DNA of 64,000 nt from Gemmatimonadales bacterium (GTDB lineage: Bacteria > Gemmatimonadota > Gemmatimonadetes > Gemmatimonadales > GWC2-71-9), in NCBI GenBank assembly GCA_038209515.1, contig JBBQXQ010000003.1:158-64157 (forward strand), in the 5' to 3' direction. This document shows, in pieces, positions 47,212 through 56,780 of the stretch (its first letter is position 1; the number at the start of each line of letters is the position of its first letter). The notes below the pieces were generated by a model that searched no databases, was not told the DNA's origin, and saw only the letters and a list, made by a program, of their open reading frames with translations. A program made the position numbers and the translations under genes.

Positions 47212-49410
47212 ATGCCCCGTGTCCTGATCGTCGCAAACCGCCTCCCGATCACCGTTCGAGCAAACGAAGCCGGTGTCGAGGTGCAGAAGAGCTCCGGCGG
47301 CCTGGCGACTGGCCTGCTCAGGGTGCACGAGCAGTCCGGCGGCCTCTGGGTCGGGTGGTCCGGCGCCGCCGATCACCTGACCGAGACGCAGCAGGCCGAG
47401 CTGGACCGGCAGCTGGCCGACATGCGGCTGGTGGCCGTCCCGCTGAGTGCCGATCAGATCACCCGGTATTACGAGGGCTTCTCCAACGGGGTGCTCTGGC
47501 CGCTCTTCCATTATCTGCTGGAGCAGGTCCCGCTTCACGTGCGCGATTGGGAGCCGTACGCCGAGGTGAACCAGCGGTTCGCCGACGTGGTGGCTCGGCA
47601 TTATCAGCCCGGCGACCTGATATGGGTGCACGACTATCAGCTCCTGCTCTTGCCCGAGTTGTTGCGGCAGCGGCTGCCGGATGCCCGCATCGGATTCTTC
47701 CTTCATATACCGTTTCCGTCCGAAGAGCTGTTCCGCACCCTTCCCGAGCGCGATCTGCTGCTCCGTGGACTCCTCGGCGCGGACCTGGTCGGGTTTCACA
47801 CGCCCACCTACCTGAGACACTTCGCCGCCTCGCTCACCCAGATCCTCGGGCTTACGGTGGACATCGACCGAGTGCAGCTAACGGATCGCGAAGTCCGCCT
47901 CGGCGTCTTTCCGATGGGGATCGACGCCGAAACATTCATCGCGCTGGCGGAAGACCCGGCGGTGCAAGCCGAGGCAAAGGCGCTGCGCGGGGACGGAACG
48001 GTGAAGCTCCTGGTGGGAGTGGATCGTCTGGACTACACCAAGGGAATCCCCCGGCGGCTCCTCTCCTATGAGAAGATGCTGCAGACTCATCCAGACCTCC
48101 GGGGTCGGGTTCGGCTGGTGCAGGTGGCGGTGCCGTCGCGGACCGGGGTCGGGGCATATCAGGAATTCCGATCGCTGGTCGACGGCATGGTGGGCCGCAT
48201 CAACGGCGACTTCGCTACGCCGAGCTGGGTGCCCGTGCACTACATCTTTCGCGGGCTGTCCGAGCGGGAGCTCGTCGCACTCTACCGTGCGGCTGACGTC
48301 ATGCTGGTCACTCCATTGCGCGACGGGATGAACCTGGTGGCCAAGGAGTTCGTGGCCTCTCGGACGGATGGCGATGGAGTCCTGGTGCTGAGTGAGTTTG
48401 CCGGAGCATCCTGGGAGCTGCCCGAGGCCATTCAAGTCAATCCCTACGACGTGGAAGGAACCGCCGAGAGCTGCTATCGCGCGCTCATGATGGGAGCAGA
48501 GGAACGGCGGACCAGACTGGAGCCGCTGCGTGTGCGGGTGCAGACCCACGACGTCCATCGTTGGGCAGCGACGTTTCTGGAGCAGCTCGAGATGATTACC
48601 CAGCGGCAGCCTTCGTCGCGCCGCGCTCCTGCCGGCGCGATCGCCGCCCGTCAGGCCCTTCAGGCGCGGCTTCGCGACGCCGAGGATCTGCTGGCGTTGC
48701 TCGACTACGACGGCACCATGGTTCCCTACACCGCCACCCCCGAGCTGGCCCGGCCCGATCCTGCGCTGATGGAGCTGCTCGGTGCGCTGGCCGCGCGTCC
48801 CCGTAGCGAAGTACATGTGGTGAGCGGACGCCCGCGCGAGACCCTGGAACATTGGCTCGGCACGCTGCCGATTGCGTTGCACGCGGAGCACGGCTTCTGG
48901 TCCCGGCCGGTCGGCAGCTCCGAGTGGACCGCCCTTGGGGAGCTCGGCGGCAGCTGGCGTGAGCCGGCACTGACCATTCTTCGGGACATCACGGCCAGGA
49001 CGCCAGGTTCGCTGATCGAGGTGAAGTCGGCGGCCCTGGCGTGGCATTACCGCATGGCGGACCGGGAAGCGGGCGCCCGGCGAGCCAACGAGCTGCGGCT
49101 GCATCTGACCCAGCTGCTCAGCAATCAACCGGTCGAGATCCTGGCGGGGCACAAGGTCATCGAGATCCGGCCATACGGCATTCACAAGGGGCGGATCGTC
49201 CCACTGCTCCCGCCCGAGCGGCTGGCCACCACGACGGTGCTGGCCATTGGCGATGATCGCACCGATGAGGACCTTTTCGAGGCCCTGCCTGCCGAGGCGA
49301 TCACCGCCCGGGTCGGACCCGGGCCCACTCGAGCGCGCTTCCGGCTCGATGGTGTGCCGGCCGTGCGCACCCTTCTGCACTCGCTGGTCGAGGCCGAGGT
49401 TCCCAGATAA
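47212..49410 (+). CDS. otsAB: Bifunctional trehalose-6-phosphate synthase / trehalose-6-phosphate phosphatase
   Basis: The N-terminal GT20 domain carries [16 protein letters not shown] and LVLSEFAG. The C-terminal HAD phosphatase carries LLDYDGT and [10 protein letters not shown]. Confidence 0.85.
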   Translation: MPRVLIVANRLPITVRANEAGVEVQKSSGGLATGLLRVHEQSGGLWVGWSGAADHLTETQQAELDRQLADMRLVAVPLSADQITRYYEGFSNGVLWPLFHYLLEQVPLHVRDWEPYAEVNQRFADVVARHYQPGDLIWVHDYQLLLLPELLRQRLPDARIGFFLHIPFPSEELFRTLPERDLLLRGLLGADLVGFHTPTYLRHFAASLTQILGLTVDIDRVQLTDREVRLGVFPMGIDAETFIALAEDPAVQAEAKALRGDGTVKLLVGVDRLDYTKGIPRRLLSYEKMLQTHPDLRGRVRLVQVAVPSRTGVGAYQEFRSLVDGMVGRINGDFATPSWVPVHYIFRGLSERELVALYRAADVMLVTPLRDGMNLVAKEFVASRTDGDGVLVLSEFAGASWELPEAIQVNPYDVEGTAESCYRALMMGAEERRTRLEPLRVRVQTHDVHRWAATFLEQLEMITQRQPSSRRAPAGAIAARQALQARLRDAEDLLALLDYDGTMVPYTATPELARPDPALMELLGALAARPRSEVHVVSGRPRETLEHWLGTLPIALHAEHGFWSRPVGSSEWTALGELGGSWREPALTILRDITARTPGSLIEVKSAALAWHYRMADREAGARRANELRLHLTQLLSNQPVEILAGHKVIEIRPYGIHKGRIVPLLPPERLATTTVLAIGDDRTDEDLFEALPAEAITARVGPGPTRARFRLDGVPAVRTLLHSLVEAEVPR

Positions 49411-49436
49411 GGCTGCAACAACCGCCAGGGCTCGCG

Positions 49437-50768
49437 GTGCTCTTCTTTACCGAGCTCTGGGAGCGCTTTGCCTACTACGGGATGCGCGCGCTCCTCATCC
49501 TGTACCTCATCGACACGGCCACTGGTGGCCTGGGGTGGAGCCAGGAGACGGCCAGCCGGCTCTACGGCTGGTTCATCGGTCTCACCTACCTGACCCCGGT
49601 CGCGGGAGGGTGGCTCGCGGACCGGTTCCTCGGTACCAACCGATCGCTGGTGGTCGGCGGCGCGATCCTCACGCTCGGTTACTTCTCCCTCGCACTCGGA
49701 ACTGGTCCGTCGTTCTATGCCGGACTGGCGCTCGTCGCGGTGGGGACCGGGTTTTTCAAGGCGAACGTGCACACGATGGTAGGCCAGCTCTACCCGCCGG
49801 GCGACCAGCGCCGGGACTCGGGTTTCACCCTGTACTACATGGGTATCAACCTGGGCGCGTTCTTCGGCCCGCTGGTGTGCGCCTGGCTCGCGGTCAGGTA
49901 CGGCTGGTCGTACGGGTTCGGCGCGGCGGCCAGTGGCATGGCGGTGGGCCTGCTGTTCTACCTCTGGGCCAGGGGCAAATCGCTGCGGAGTATCGGGCTC
50001 TCGCCGCTGGGGCGTGTGGCGGCGGCAGGGCCCCGCTTCCATACTGCGCTGACGCCGGCCGAACGGCAGCGCATAATGGCGATTGGGCTCATCACTGTCT
50101 TCGTGGTGGTCTTCTGGTTGGCCTATGAGCAGGCTGGCTCATCGCTGAATGTGTTTGCCGCCCACCGTACCGACCGGGCAGCAGGTGAGTGGCTGGCGTG
50201 GCTGGCACCCAACGGCGAGATCCCCGCCGCCTGGTTCCAATCGATCAATCCCTTCTTCGTTCTGCTGCTGGCGCCGGCCGTTGCCGGCCTCTGGCAACGG
50301 TTGGGGGATGGGGCGCCCAGCACTCCGGCCAAGATGGCACTGGGGCTGATCCTGCTCGGCCTGGCCTACACGGTGATGGTGGTGGGGGCTGCGCAGGGCG
50401 ACCACGGCTTTCTGGTGAGTCCGTGGGTGCTGGTGGCGTTCTACCTGATCTACACGCTGGGAGAGCTCTGTTTCCTGCCGGTGGGCATCTCATTTGTGAG
50501 CCAGACCGCACCCGCCAGGCTCGCGTCGATGCTGATGGGCATCTGGCTGACCGCCAACTTTGCGGCCAACCTGATCGGCGGCTACCTGGCAGGCATGGTG
50601 CAGCCGATCGAGCGCGGCGAAATCTTCCGGGTGCTCGGGGGACAGGCCGATTTCTTCCTGATTTTCGTGGTCTTGTGTCTCACGGCGGGGTGTCTGCTCG
50701 GCCTGCTCGTCCCGGCGATCAGACGCCTTATGGGAGAGCCGGCCTCCGGCGTGGCGCGGCCGACTTAG
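49437..50768 (+). CDS. POT/PTR2 family proton-dependent oligopeptide transporter (N-terminus possibly clipped)
   Basis: The signature FTELWERFAYYGMRALLILYL begins at codon 4. The only in-frame start is GTG 49437, although the frame is open upstream (…QPPGLA). Confidence 0.78.
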   Translation: MLFFTELWERFAYYGMRALLILYLIDTATGGLGWSQETASRLYGWFIGLTYLTPVAGGWLADRFLGTNRSLVVGGAILTLGYFSLALGTGPSFYAGLALVAVGTGFFKANVHTMVGQLYPPGDQRRDSGFTLYYMGINLGAFFGPLVCAWLAVRYGWSYGFGAAASGMAVGLLFYLWARGKSLRSIGLSPLGRVAAAGPRFHTALTPAERQRIMAIGLITVFVVVFWLAYEQAGSSLNVFAAHRTDRAAGEWLAWLAPNGEIPAAWFQSINPFFVLLLAPAVAGLWQRLGDGAPSTPAKMALGLILLGLAYTVMVVGAAQGDHGFLVSPWVLVAFYLIYTLGELCFLPVGISFVSQTAPARLASMLMGIWLTANFAANLIGGYLAGMVQPIERGEIFRVLGGQADFFLIFVVLCLTAGCLLGLLVPAIRRLMGEPASGVARPT

Positions 50769-50777
50769 GTAGTGCGC

Positions 50778-51203
50778 CTAGTCGGCGGGTGGTGGCACGG
50801 CAGCCGGATCGATGTGCCGCAGGGCCCGCCGGGCGGCCGCAGCGATCTCGTCGTTGATCTCCTCTTCGATCATCTGCTGCAGACGGGGCACCGCGGCCTT
50901 GGCCCCGGGCCCGATCTCGCCCAGCGCGACCGTCACCGGATAGCGGACCACCGGACTCGGGTCGTCCAGCGCTTCGATGAGGGCAGGCACCGCGCGAACG
51001 GCGTCGGGGCCCATTCCGGCGATCTCATAGGCGGCGGCGTTCCGGGTCTGGGGGGCCCGCGCCTTCAAATCCACTATCCATTCACTCAAGGTGTGTCCGT
51101 TGGAGACCGGCTCCTTGACCTTGACCGGAGTCGCCTGCGCCGCGGCGGCGCTTGTCGCTATCAACGTGGCCAACACGAGCGGCCCCAGAATACGCTTCAA
51201 CAT
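50778..51203 (-). CDS. HEAT-repeat secreted protein
   Basis: Only the last 141 codons of the 584-codon track ORF are accepted. They encode a signal peptide (MLKRILGPLVLATLIATSAAAAQA) and HEAT-like units (AVPALIEALDDPSPVVR). Confidence 0.6.
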   Translation of the reverse strand: MLKRILGPLVLATLIATSAAAAQATPVKVKEPVSNGHTLSEWIVDLKARAPQTRNAAAYEIAGMGPDAVRAVPALIEALDDPSPVVRYPVTVALGEIGPGAKAAVPRLQQMIEEEINDEIAAAARRALRHIDPAAVPPPAD

Positions 51204-51291
51204 GAGTTTCTCCCGATACGTTCCTGCCCATCCGCATTTCGCGGCTGCTGGAATATAGGCGCACCGGATTGCCGGTGGCCCCCGGTCCCTC

Positions 51292-51389
51292 GCAGACGAC
51301 ACGGGCATGGGCTCTCCGGCAGGCTCCGCGACAACCGCTCCGCCCTTCCCCTGGGAGCCTGCCTTCGAACCCATACCCGTGTCGTCTGC
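51292..51389. repeat. 98-nt nested inverted repeat (long hairpin) in a divergent intergenic region
   Basis: The outer arms GCAGACGACACGGG (51292-51305) and CCCGTGTCGTCTGC (51376-51389) form a perfect 14-bp pairing. The inner arms GGCAGGCTCC (51318-51327) and GGAGCCTGCC (51354-51363) form a perfect 10-bp pairing. ATGGG/CCCAT pairing lies between them. Confidence 0.7.
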
Positions 51390-51482
51390 TCCGTCCCGCA
51401 TGCCACGGTCGGGCCGCCAGCGGAACTGGGCCGAGCCCCGAAGGCTGAGCATATTTGCTATCACCTCCAACCTGCCGGCATC

Positions 51483-52895
51483 ATGAGATCTCTGCGGATC
51501 GTATGGACCAGCGTTTTCATCCAGCTGCTGGCCGCCAGCCCGGGCCTGGCCCAGACCGGGTCGCCGGCGGGAGCGGCCAGGTCGGTCGAGGCGATGTACC
51601 GCGGCGCCGCCGACAGCCTCATACACGCGGCGACCGGTGACAGCGCGGCCTACGCCCGCCTGGGCAACCTGGTCGATGGTTTCGGGCACCGCCTGAGTGG
51701 CTCTGTCAGTCTCGAGGCGGCGATCGACTGGATTCTGGCGCAGATGAAGAGCGATGGCCTGGAGAACGTTCGAGGGGAGCGGGTGATGGTACCCCATTGG
51801 GTGCGGGGCGAGGAGTCGGCCGAGCTGGTCAAGCCGAGGCGCGCCCGGCTGCACATGCTCGGGCTGGGAGGCAGCATTGCCACACCGAGGCGCGGGATAA
51901 CGGCGCCGGTGCTCGTGGTGACCAGCTTCGACGACCTCCGCAAGCGGGCCGCCGAGGCGCGGGGCAAGATCGTGCTGTTCGACGTGCCGTTCACCACGTA
52001 CCGAGAGACCGTGAAGTATCGGGTGGAAGGTGCGTCGGCCGCGGCCCGGGCCGGCGCCGTGGCCAGTCTGATCCGCTCGGTCGCCGCCTACTCCATTCGG
52101 AGCCCGCACACCGGGGTGATGCACTACGACTCGACGGTTGCCCCGATTCCGGCGGCGGCGCTTAGCGTCGAGGACGCCATGATGCTGCGGCGATTCCAGG
52201 ACCGGGGCCAGCCGGTGGTGGTGACGCTCCGGATGGCGGCCCGTACCCTGCCCGACGCCCCATCGCGGAATGCGGTGGCGGAGGTCGTCGGGCGCGAGCG
52301 CCCGGATGAGGTGGTGGTGCTGGGCGGCCACATCGATTCGTGGGATGTGGGGCAAGGCGCGATGGACGATGGCGGCGGCGCGGTCGCGGCCTGGGAGGCA
52401 GTGCGGCTCATGAAGCAGCTGGGTCTCCGGCCACGCCGAACGCTGCGGGTGGTGCTCTGGACCAACGAGGAGAACGGCGGGAAAGGGGCGCTGGCGTATC
52501 GTGACACCCATGCCGATCAGCTGACCAAGCACGTCCTGGCCATTGAATCCGATAACGGCGTCTTTGCTCCAAAGGGGTTCCGATTCAGCGGGCTGGACGC
52601 GCCCTTCGCGAAGGCGCAGGAGATCGCTGCATTACTGAGGCCGATCGGGGCGGACAAGGTGAGCCGGGAGAAGGATTCTCCCGAGGCCGACATTGCCCCG
52701 CTGGTCGAGCGCGGAGTGCCCGGTATGGGTCTGGATGTGGAGGACAGCCGCTACTTCTGGTTCCACCACAGCGAGGGTGACATGCTCGATAAGCTCGATC
52801 CGGCCGAGCTGGCCCGCTGTGTGGCGGCGCTCGCGGTGATGGCCTATGTCGCGGCCGATGCCCCGGACGGGCTTGCCCACGCCGCTGCCCGCTGA
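51483..52895 (+). CDS. M28 family peptidase (secreted)
   Basis: The start is set to ATG 51483 (signal MRSLRIVWTSVFIQLLAASPGLAQT). It has a PA-like insert plus M28 metal-ligand patterns (LGGHIDSWDVGQGAMDDGGG, TNEENGG). Confidence 0.78.
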   Translation: MRSLRIVWTSVFIQLLAASPGLAQTGSPAGAARSVEAMYRGAADSLIHAATGDSAAYARLGNLVDGFGHRLSGSVSLEAAIDWILAQMKSDGLENVRGERVMVPHWVRGEESAELVKPRRARLHMLGLGGSIATPRRGITAPVLVVTSFDDLRKRAAEARGKIVLFDVPFTTYRETVKYRVEGASAAARAGAVASLIRSVAAYSIRSPHTGVMHYDSTVAPIPAAALSVEDAMMLRRFQDRGQPVVVTLRMAARTLPDAPSRNAVAEVVGRERPDEVVVLGGHIDSWDVGQGAMDDGGGAVAAWEAVRLMKQLGLRPRRTLRVVLWTNEENGGKGALAYRDTHADQLTKHVLAIESDNGVFAPKGFRFSGLDAPFAKAQEIAALLRPIGADKVSREKDSPEADIAPLVERGVPGMGLDVEDSRYFWFHHSEGDMLDKLDPAELARCVAALAVMAYVAADAPDGLAHAAAR

Positions 52896-52941
52896 GGCCC
52901 GCGAAACCCGAGGTCCGCAGCTGTCGTACCCCTAGTAGGCC

Positions 52942-55284
52942 ATGCTGCTCGAGCTTCTGCTGCTGCTCCACTCCGATCCGATCGACCCACCGGGCGTGTA
53001 TCGCGGCCGGTTGGGTGAGCTGGACGTGCGGATTCCGCGGCAGGAAGCCGAGACGTCGGTCGATGGAAAGCTCGATGAGGCGGCCTGGGGTGCGGCCGCA
53101 GTGCTCACCGATTTCTCCCAGTTCTCCCCGACCGATGGTGTCCCTGCAGCCGACTCCACCCAGGTGCTGGTGTGGTACTCCCCCACAGCCATCCACTTCG
53201 GCATTCGGGCGTTCGAGGCTCACGGCCCGGTGCATGCCACGCTCGCCGATCGCGACCGCATCGCCGCCGACGACCACATCCAGATCCTGCTCAGCACGTT
53301 CAATGACGGCCGCCAGGCCAGCGTGTTCGCGGTCAATCCGTACGGGGTGCAGTCCGACGGAGCGCTGGTCGAGACCGGCTCCACCAGCGGCAACGGCTTC
53401 AACAACGCGGTGGTGAAGCGGGAAACCGCGGATCTGAGCCCCGATTTCGTGTTCGAATCGAAGGGCCGGCTCACCGAGTACGGCTACGAAGTCGAGGTGC
53501 GGATCCCATTCAAGAGCATCCGCTTTCAGCCCAGACGGGAGCAGGTGTGGGGGCTCAACGTGGTCCGCCTGGTTCAGCACTCCGGCCGGGAGGATTCCTG
53601 GACGCCGGCCAAGCGCGCCAGCGCCTCGTTCCTGGCCCAGTCGGGCCGGCTGGTGGGGCTCACCGACCTGCGCCGGGGCGTGGTACTCGACTTCACCCCG
53701 TCACTCACCTCGAGGACCACGGGCGCGCCCGGGTCGAGCGGCTGGGATTATGCCGGCGGCGGTCCAGAGCTCGGCGGCACCGTGCGCTGGGGCCTCACCA
53801 ACAACCTGACGTTAAATGGCACCGCCAACCCCGATTTCTCCCAGGTCGAGTCCGATGCGCAGCAGTTCGTCTTCGACCCGCGGAACGAGCTCTTCTTCTC
53901 GGAAAAGCGGCCCTTCTTCCTCGAGGGAATCGAGCAGTTCAGCACGCCGAACTCGCTCATCTACACCAGGCGGATCATTCAGCCGGTCGCGGCGGCCAAG
54001 CTCACCGGCAAAGCCTTCGGCACCGACCTGGCACTGCTCAGCGCGGTGGACGACAGGGCCGGCTCCGCCAGCGGGCAGGATCATCCCGTGTACAACCTGC
54101 TCCGGATTCAGCGTGACGTGGGCTCTCAGTCCCGCCTCGGCGTGGTGTACACCGACAAGATCGACGGGGACAACTACAATCGGGTGGCCGGCGCCGATTC
54201 ACGTCTCGTGTTCGGCGGCGTGTACAGCGCTCAGCTGCAGTTGGCGGGGAGCAGAACCCGACGAAACGGAATCACCGAGACTGCGCCGCTCTGGTCGGCG
54301 CGGGTGGCCAGGAACGGCCGCACCTTCGGAGCGCGCTACTCCTTCACCGGTGTCGCGGAGGACTTCCGGGCCCAGAGCGGCTTCATCTCGCGACCCGGCA
54401 TCGCGCACGCCAATCTCGACCACAGCCTTACGCTGTACGGAAAGCAGGGAGGCCCGATCGAGACCTTCACCGGCGACGTGGCGCTCGACGGAACCTGGGA
54501 GTACGACCGCTTCGTACATGGGCAGGGAATTCAGGACCAGAAGCTTCACTTCAATACCAACACCAGACTCAAGGGCGGCTGGCAGCTGGGCGCATCGGTG
54601 CTGGTGGAGTCGTTCGGCTATCCCTCCGACGTGTACACCGGTTACGCCCTGGAGGTCCCGGGCGGTGCCGGCCTCGACACGGTGCCCTTTACCGGCACGC
54701 CGACCATTCCCAATCTGGACTACGTGTTGACACTCGACACCCCGGAGTTCTCCCACTTCTCCGGTAATATCTTTTTCCTGTGGGGACACGACGAGAACTT
54801 CTTCGAGTGGGCCAGCGCCAAGATCACCTGGCTGGAGCTCACGCTCGATTGGCGGCCCACGCCCAAGCTCAGGGTCAACGGGCTCTACCGGGTGCAGTAC
54901 GTCGGGCGGCGGACCGACGGCAGCACCGTAGATCTCTGGCGGAGCCCCCGGCTCAAGGTGGAGTATCAGCTGTCCCGGCCGATCTTCCTCCGACTGGTCG
55001 GCGAGTACACCACCGAGCGGCGGGATGCTCTCCGGGACGAGAGCCGCACCGGCGCACCGATCCTGGTCTTCGATCCGGATGCCAACGGCTACCTCCGCGC
55101 GGCTGCGTTCGGTCATCGATCGTTCCGCGGTGATTTTCTCTTCTCCTACCAACCGAACCCGGGCACCGTGCTGTTTGCCGGCTATGGCAGCACGCTCCGC
55201 GACCCCACCCAGCTGGGCAGCGCAAGCCTGCGCCGGGCGGAGGACGGTTTCTTCCTCAAGTTCAGCTACTTGATTCAGATGTAG
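52942..55284 (+). CDS. CBM9-like plus DUF5916-type large beta-rich protein (probably outer membrane)
   Basis: The 780-aa protein carries an N-terminal VDGKLDEAAW...FSQFSP motif and a long beta-strand-rich C-terminus ending in an aromatic-containing ...FFLKFSYLIQM. The family assignment is from memory. Confidence 0.65.
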   Translation: MLLELLLLLHSDPIDPPGVYRGRLGELDVRIPRQEAETSVDGKLDEAAWGAAAVLTDFSQFSPTDGVPAADSTQVLVWYSPTAIHFGIRAFEAHGPVHATLADRDRIAADDHIQILLSTFNDGRQASVFAVNPYGVQSDGALVETGSTSGNGFNNAVVKRETADLSPDFVFESKGRLTEYGYEVEVRIPFKSIRFQPRREQVWGLNVVRLVQHSGREDSWTPAKRASASFLAQSGRLVGLTDLRRGVVLDFTPSLTSRTTGAPGSSGWDYAGGGPELGGTVRWGLTNNLTLNGTANPDFSQVESDAQQFVFDPRNELFFSEKRPFFLEGIEQFSTPNSLIYTRRIIQPVAAAKLTGKAFGTDLALLSAVDDRAGSASGQDHPVYNLLRIQRDVGSQSRLGVVYTDKIDGDNYNRVAGADSRLVFGGVYSAQLQLAGSRTRRNGITETAPLWSARVARNGRTFGARYSFTGVAEDFRAQSGFISRPGIAHANLDHSLTLYGKQGGPIETFTGDVALDGTWEYDRFVHGQGIQDQKLHFNTNTRLKGGWQLGASVLVESFGYPSDVYTGYALEVPGGAGLDTVPFTGTPTIPNLDYVLTLDTPEFSHFSGNIFFLWGHDENFFEWASAKITWLELTLDWRPTPKLRVNGLYRVQYVGRRTDGSTVDLWRSPRLKVEYQLSRPIFLRLVGEYTTERRDALRDESRTGAPILVFDPDANGYLRAAAFGHRSFRGDFLFSYQPNPGTVLFAGYGSTLRDPTQLGSASLRRAEDGFFLKFSYLIQM

Positions 55285-55559
55285 GTGGTCGACTTGTAGT
55301 CGGCGCGCCACAGCGCGTAGTCGCCAGCAACCGCCTGAATGCAGCTTTCCGCACTGCCCTCACCGCCCGCCACAAACTGATCGACAGCAACTTTTTAGGA
55401 TGCGTCACACCGGCTCGACTCTACCGCGTCCTCCGATGGCGTACCTCTTGCCAATACCGGTGCCGAATACTTTTGCACCCCCGCACAACTAAAGCAGCCC
55501 TACTGCGACAGCGGGTGGGCAGGGTACGGCTCGTCTCTCCTCCTACCGGAGCAGTCGCG

Positions 55560-56780
55560 ATGCGGATCCTGGTCCTGAACTACGAGTATCCACCGCTTGG
55601 CGGCGGTGCGGCTGTAGCAACAGCGGCGCTGGCGCACGGGCTGATGGAACGCGGCGTTGCCGTGGACGTGGTGACTGCCGGCGTGGGACCGGACGCGGAG
55701 CGCCGCACTCCAGACCGGCCCGCGGAGCCGCTCGAGCCGGGCAGCCTCACGGTATACCGCGTGAGGAGCCGGCGCTGCGGGGTGCACCAGGCAAGGATGG
55801 GGGACGCCGCGAGCTATCTGGTGGGCGCGTTACCCGTGATCCGGCGGCTCCTCCGCATCCACAAATACGATGCTGTCCACGTCTTCTTCTCCCTCCCGAC
55901 CGGCGCTTTGCTTCCTTTCCTCGGGCTACGCGGCACACCGGTGGTGGTGTCACTCCGTGGATCCGATGTGCCGGGCTACGACCCGCATAATTCGTCTCTG
56001 CAGCGTGCCCATCGGCTACTGGCCCCGCTGACCCGTTGGATCTGGCGCCGGGCAGATCGTGTAGTGGCGGTGTGTGAGAGCCTGGGGCAACTGGCGCTGC
56101 GTACCTGGCCCGACTTGCGCTATGGCGTAGTGCCCAACGGCGTAGACCTGACGCTGTTCCATCCCGCTGACCCGGACACTCGCCGTCCAACCAAGAAAAT
56201 CCGTTGCCTGGCGGTGGCCCGGCTGATCGAGCGGAAGGGCCTGGGAGACTTGATCCGTGGCCTCGCGCTTCTGGAGCGGGGACGCTTCGAGCTGGAAATC
56301 GTGGGTGGCGGGGCCGACGAGCAGGTGCTGCGCGACTTGGCAACCCAACTGGGTGTGGCGCAGGACGTCCGATTTCTGGGGCCGCTCTCCCGAGCCAAGG
56401 TGGCCGAACGCTATCGGGCAGCGGACCTGTTCACCCTCCCATCTTCGGCCGAGGCCTTCGGCAATGTGTTTGCCGAGGCGCTTGCGTCGGGGCTCCCCAT
56501 CGTAGGCAGCGCAACCGGCGGGATCCCCGATCTGGTGGAGCATGGTAGCAACGGTCTTCTGGTTCCTCCGGGAGATGTCCATGCGCTGGCGGGAGCGATC
56601 CGCTACCTGGCGGACGATCCGGAGCTTCGCGCCGACATGACCCTGCGGAACCGCGCGAAGGCGGAAACGACGCTGGAGTGGGCGCAGGTCACTCGCCGCT
56701 ACCTGTCCATCTACGAAGGCATACAGCGCCGCCACCCCGCCAGATCGCTGGTGGCTCAGCCCACTGCGGGCATCTCGTGA
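55560..56780 (+). CDS. Glycosyltransferase family 4
   Basis: The start is set to ATG 55560 (MRILVLNYEYPPLGGG). The C-terminal E-x7-E region is SSAEAFGNVFAEALASGLPIV. Confidence 0.85.
   Translation: MRILVLNYEYPPLGGGAAVATAALAHGLMERGVAVDVVTAGVGPDAERRTPDRPAEPLEPGSLTVYRVRSRRCGVHQARMGDAASYLVGALPVIRRLLRIHKYDAVHVFFSLPTGALLPFLGLRGTPVVVSLRGSDVPGYDPHNSSLQRAHRLLAPLTRWIWRRADRVVAVCESLGQLALRTWPDLRYGVVPNGVDLTLFHPADPDTRRPTKKIRCLAVARLIERKGLGDLIRGLALLERGRFELEIVGGGADEQVLRDLATQLGVAQDVRFLGPLSRAKVAERYRAADLFTLPSSAEAFGNVFAEALASGLPIVGSATGGIPDLVEHGSNGLLVPPGDVHALAGAIRYLADDPELRADMTLRNRAKAETTLEWAQVTRRYLSIYEGIQRRHPARSLVAQPTAGIS

Noticed and set aside
51204-52532. The N-terminal 443 codons of the 584-codon minus-strand ORF 50778..52532
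   Set aside because: This part is antisense to the M28 peptidase gene and crosses the intergenic hairpin. Only the last 141 codons (50778..51203) have a signal peptide and HEAT-like repeats.
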